64,000 bases of DNA, taken from NCBI GenBank assembly GCA_947488625.1, contig CANKZR010000004.1:35142-99141 (forward strand), in the 5' to 3' direction. This DNA is from an uncultured Sphingomonadaceae bacterium. Lineage in GTDB: Bacteria; Pseudomonadota; Alphaproteobacteria; Sphingomonadales; Sphingomonadaceae. Positions within the stretch are counted from its first letter, which is position 1, and every line of letters starts with the position of its first letter. A program made the position numbers and the translations under genes. Shown piece by piece: positions 61,211 to 64,000 of this stretch. Below the pieces are notes generated by a model that saw only the letters and a list, made by a program, of their open reading frames with translations, did no database searches and was not told the origin of the DNA.

Positions 61211-62205
61211 GACCGGCCCCACGCCCGATTGGTGATTTTGACCCGAACCTGCCTGCGCCTGGCACCAAGCCGCAGTTCGGCCTTCTCGAACAGGCGGTCC
61301 ACAATCAGATAGCGGCCCGAAACGCGGTAGTTGACCAGCTCCGCCTGCCCATCCTCGCCGACGACGAAAAACGGCGGCATTTCACCTTGCGCAATATCGG
61401 GCGGAAATTCGATCAGGGTGCGCTGCCCGTCATCGAATATCCGCACCGGCCGCCAGTCGGGCCTATCGCCCGAAATCCGGTAGTCGAAGTTGAGATTCTC
61501 GACCGCGAAACCGCTTGCAACGGGCGCGGCGCGCGCTGCGTCCTCTTCGGCCCGGCGAAGAGCGATCAGTTCATCTGCCGGATAGCTCCAGCTGACCGAC
61601 GCCATATAGACACTGGGATTGGCCCGCAGTTCGACATGATAGGTTCGCCGATCGGTGTTGATCACGAGATTGGTCGTAATATCGGGCCGGGTGGGTTTCA
61701 CGAGGATGTGGACGCGCGCCGCCTCGCCCGTCCCGCTCATCGTATCGCCGATCATCCAGCGCACCGTATCGCCAGCGGCAACCGGTCCGGGACCGACGAG
61801 CTTTTCGCCCTCCTGCAATGCGATATCGGTGACCTGGCCCGGCTTGGTATAGACCTGAAACAGAGCGCCCTCGCTATAGGGATAGCGCTGGATCGCATTG
61901 TCGAATCCGACGTCGTCGGGCTCGACCCGTGCGGCATCGTTTGCCGCTCCCACTTGGCTCTGGGGATCAGGGGCAGGTCCAGAGCCAGGGGAGCGGCGCG
62001 CGGCAGTGGGGGAGGCCTGCCGCGAACTGAAAAGGAGAGAAATACCGATGTTGTCTTGCAGGACCGGGAAAGCCCCTGCGAGCGCGCCCAATGCTTCGAT
62101 TGACGCCGCCGCCTGCGGGGCAGGTGTCGCAGCGACAGGCGCGGCAAGAGCGAGCGAGACAAGGCCGAAAAAGCCGATCGTGGGAAGTGCATGCGAGCGG
62201 GACAT
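61207..62205 (-). CDS. trbG: Conjugal transfer protein TrbG (VirB9)
   Basis: VAAGDTVRW, TNLVINTDRRTYH, MASVSW.YP and LVNYRV motifs. Confidence 0.93.
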   Translation of the reverse strand: MSRSHALPTIGFFGLVSLALAAPVAATPAPQAAASIEALGALAGAFPVLQDNIGISLLFSSRQASPTAARRSPGSGPAPDPQSQVGAANDAARVEPDDVGFDNAIQRYPYSEGALFQVYTKPGQVTDIALQEGEKLVGPGPVAAGDTVRWMIGDTMSGTGEAARVHILVKPTRPDITTNLVINTDRRTYHVELRANPSVYMASVSWSYPADELIALRRAEEDAARAAPVASGFAVENLNFDYRISGDRPDWRPVRIFDDGQRTLIEFPPDIAQGEMPPFFVVGEDGQAELVNYRVSGRYLIVDRLFEKAELRLGARRRQVRVKITNRAWGRS

Positions 62206-62885
62206 CAGCCGAGCTCCTTTGACCAGTTGATGGAAGTGACGAAAATTCCGAGCGGGTTTCTGCGAAGCGCATCCGCGTTGGTTGGTGGCTGGACGGCGAT
62301 GCCCAAAATCGCGGTCCAGCGGCTCGTCTCGGCAAGCGAGCCGTCACGGTAGCGGCGCTCGATCCAGGCCACGCGGAAGCTCCTCGGCGAGGCGCGGATG
62401 ACGCTTGTGACATCGACCGCAACCTGTTCGCGGCCGATCGCGGCGAACGGATCGCTGCGCCGAGCATAGTCGTTGAGCGCCAGCGCGCCTTTGTCGCTGG
62501 CAAAGTCATAGGCTGACAGCCAATTCTCGCGCACCACGACCGGATCGTCAGGAATGGCGCGCACGTTTTCGATAAACCGGGCAAGATGGAACGCGATCTG
62601 GGGATCGCTTGGGTCGAATGCGACATTGGCAGGCGCAACGCTGCGCGCTTCGCCGAGCTTGTTCACCTCGACCACCCAGGGAACGATGGTTCCCCGCGCA
62701 TTCTGCCAGACGAGACTGCCAGTCAGGATTCCCGATAATCCAAGCGCACCGAAAAACGCATAGCGCCAGCTTCTCGCCTGAATGCGCGCCGAACCGATGC
62801 GATCGTCCCAGACCTGGGCCGCGCGCTGGTAAGGTGTCTCGGCTTGCGGTGTCTTACCGTATCGGATCGAAGGGCGTTTAAACAT
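62205..62885 (-). CDS. trbF: Conjugal transfer protein TrbF
   Basis: ETPYQRAAQVWDDRIGSAR, DPVVVRENW and RNPLGIFV..INWS motifs. Confidence 0.95.
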   Translation of the reverse strand: MFKRPSIRYGKTPQAETPYQRAAQVWDDRIGSARIQARSWRYAFFGALGLSGILTGSLVWQNARGTIVPWVVEVNKLGEARSVAPANVAFDPSDPQIAFHLARFIENVRAIPDDPVVVRENWLSAYDFASDKGALALNDYARRSDPFAAIGREQVAVDVTSVIRASPRSFRVAWIERRYRDGSLAETSRWTAILGIAVQPPTNADALRRNPLGIFVTSINWSKELG

Positions 62886-62891
62886 GAGGCG

Positions 62892-64000
62892 TCAGTCCTT
62901 TTCCTGAGTGTCGATGGAAGCGCCTGCGCCGTGCCCGTCGCCAGAGCGAACGGTGTGCGCGGCAAGCGACGCTGAATGTCCAAGAGACTGTCGCTGCTTC
63001 ATGGATTTCGCCCAGCTCGGCGGGCCGTTTTCGGACGCTGGCGAAGACGGCGGCGAGGAGGCGACCCGGCCACCCATATTGCTGGCTGCTGCACGCGCAC
63101 CTTCGCGAAAATTTCGTTTGGCGCTATCCGCCGCCTTACGCAGAGGTGAGAGGGCAGCACCGCCTGCGGCGCGTCCGACACTCGCCATGCCGCCTGCAAC
63201 CGCACCGCCGCCGCTCTTGCCTGCCGAACCTGTTGCGTAGGCCATGGTGGCACCTCCAGCAGCGCGCGATGCGCCACTGGCGACCGAGGATGCTGCGCTG
63301 GCTACAGCGCCGCCCGCAAGCTTGGCACCGGCAATGCCGCCGACGGCTGCCCCGCCGGCCAGCACAGCGGTGCCTGCCGCGGCCCCTGCGCCGAGCTGGG
63401 GGCCGCCTGCGACGATGCCGTTGGCGATACCGGGACCGAATATGCCGAGCCCGAGCAGGGTAAGACTGGCGAGCACGATCGCCAGCGCGTCTTCGATGGT
63501 CGGGTCGCCCGGGATGGCGCTGGTAAACTCAGCGAAAAGCGTCGAGCCGATCCCGATAATCACGGCGAGCACGAGTACTTTGATCCCTGAGGAGACGACA
63601 TTGCCCAGCACGCGCTCGGCCATGAAAGCGGTCTTGCCGAACAGGCCGAAAGGGATGAGCACGAAGCCTGCAAGCGTCGTCAGCTTGAATTCGATGAGCG
63701 TCACGAAGAGCTGGATCGACAGAATGAAGAAGGCGATGACCACCAAGGCCCAGGCCACCAGCAGGATGATGATCTGCAGAAAGTTCTCGAAGAAGCTTAT
63801 ATAGCCGAGCAGATCGGCCATCGACGCAAGCAAAGGCGCGGCAGCATCGATACCGACCTGCGCGACCCGGCCCGGCTGCAGCAGATCGGCTGCGCCAACG
63901 CCAGAACCGCTGGCCTTGAGGCCAAGTCCGGCAAAGCTTTGAAATATGATATTGGCCAGCGCGCTCCAATTGCCGATGATATAGGCGAAGATTCCGACGA
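62892..64000 (-). CDS. trbL: Conjugal transfer protein TrbL (VirB6), 5' part beyond the window
   Basis: IQLFVTLIEFKLTTLAGFVL.PF...KT.F.AERVLG, GPGIANG..GGPQLGAG and an A/G-rich tail; frame open to the window edge. Confidence 0.93.
   Translation of the reverse strand, partial: VGIFAYIIGNWSALANIIFQSFAGLGLKASGSGVGAADLLQPGRVAQVGIDAAAPLLASMADLLGYISFFENFLQIIILLVAWALVVIAFFILSIQLFVTLIEFKLTTLAGFVLIPFGLFGKTAFMAERVLGNVVSSGIKVLVLAVIIGIGSTLFAEFTSAIPGDPTIEDALAIVLASLTLLGLGIFGPGIANGIVAGGPQLGAGAAAGTAVLAGGAAVGGIAGAKLAGGAVASAASSVASGASRAAGGATMAYATGSAGKSGGGAVAGGMASVGRAAGGAALSPLRKAADSAKRNFREGARAAASNMGGRVASSPPSSPASENGPPSWAKSMKQRQSLGHSASLAAHTVRSGDGHGAGASIDTQEKD

Larger units (their letters stand above)
42880..64000. 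mobile_element. Integrative conjugative element (P-type Trb T4SS, tyrosine integrase), left end probably in the trmB 3' end; extends beyond the window
   Basis: Integrase immediately after trmB; abrupt shift to more AT-rich codon usage; luxRI, FseA-like gene, DUF2274 and trbI/G/F/L. Exact att core not determinable without the other end. Confidence 0.85.

Noticed and set aside
61980-62110. Atypical segment in the TrbG N-terminus (PVLQDNIGISLLFSSRQ) as a frameshift scar
   Set aside because: The frame stays open, this linker is variable in TrbG, and no alternative frame restores a recognisable motif.

Overview
Alphaproteobacterial chromosome segment, most likely Erythrobacteraceae/Sphingomonadales (inferred from gene content, GC-rich codon usage and ctrA). 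Positions 1-42.9 kb are mostly core genome: groESL, a CsoR-copAB copper locus, polA, a bacterial CDC48, scoAB, metK, lnt, prmC-prfA-hisS, ppa, lptB-rpoN, ctrA and trmB. This part also holds a candidate unannotated ~65-nt sRNA and a duplicated MarR/GbsR operator. An integrative conjugative element (ICE) appears to start at the 3' end of trmB (~42.9 kb) and runs off the right edge. It carries, in order: a tyrosine integrase; gntR, phyH and luxI; a MerR-controlled mer-like cassette with no canonical MerA, lying between luxI and luxR; luxR; a DUF6499/DUF2285 gene pair joined by a +1 programmed-frameshift motif (FseA-like transfer activator, predicted 264 aa); an orphan FecI-like sigma factor; a TonB-dependent receptor; a lasso isopeptidase; a lasso peptide cluster (C, B and a 45-aa precursor missing from the ORF track, core GNALFDIDVSSGRLSYATGLAED); and the end of a P-type trb operon (DUF2274, trbI, trbG, trbF, trbL). 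The main candidate for an undescribed system is the lasso make/import/destroy module placed between the quorum-sensing/frameshift switch and the mating-pair genes. All family assignments come from motif recognition by eye; no database searches were run.
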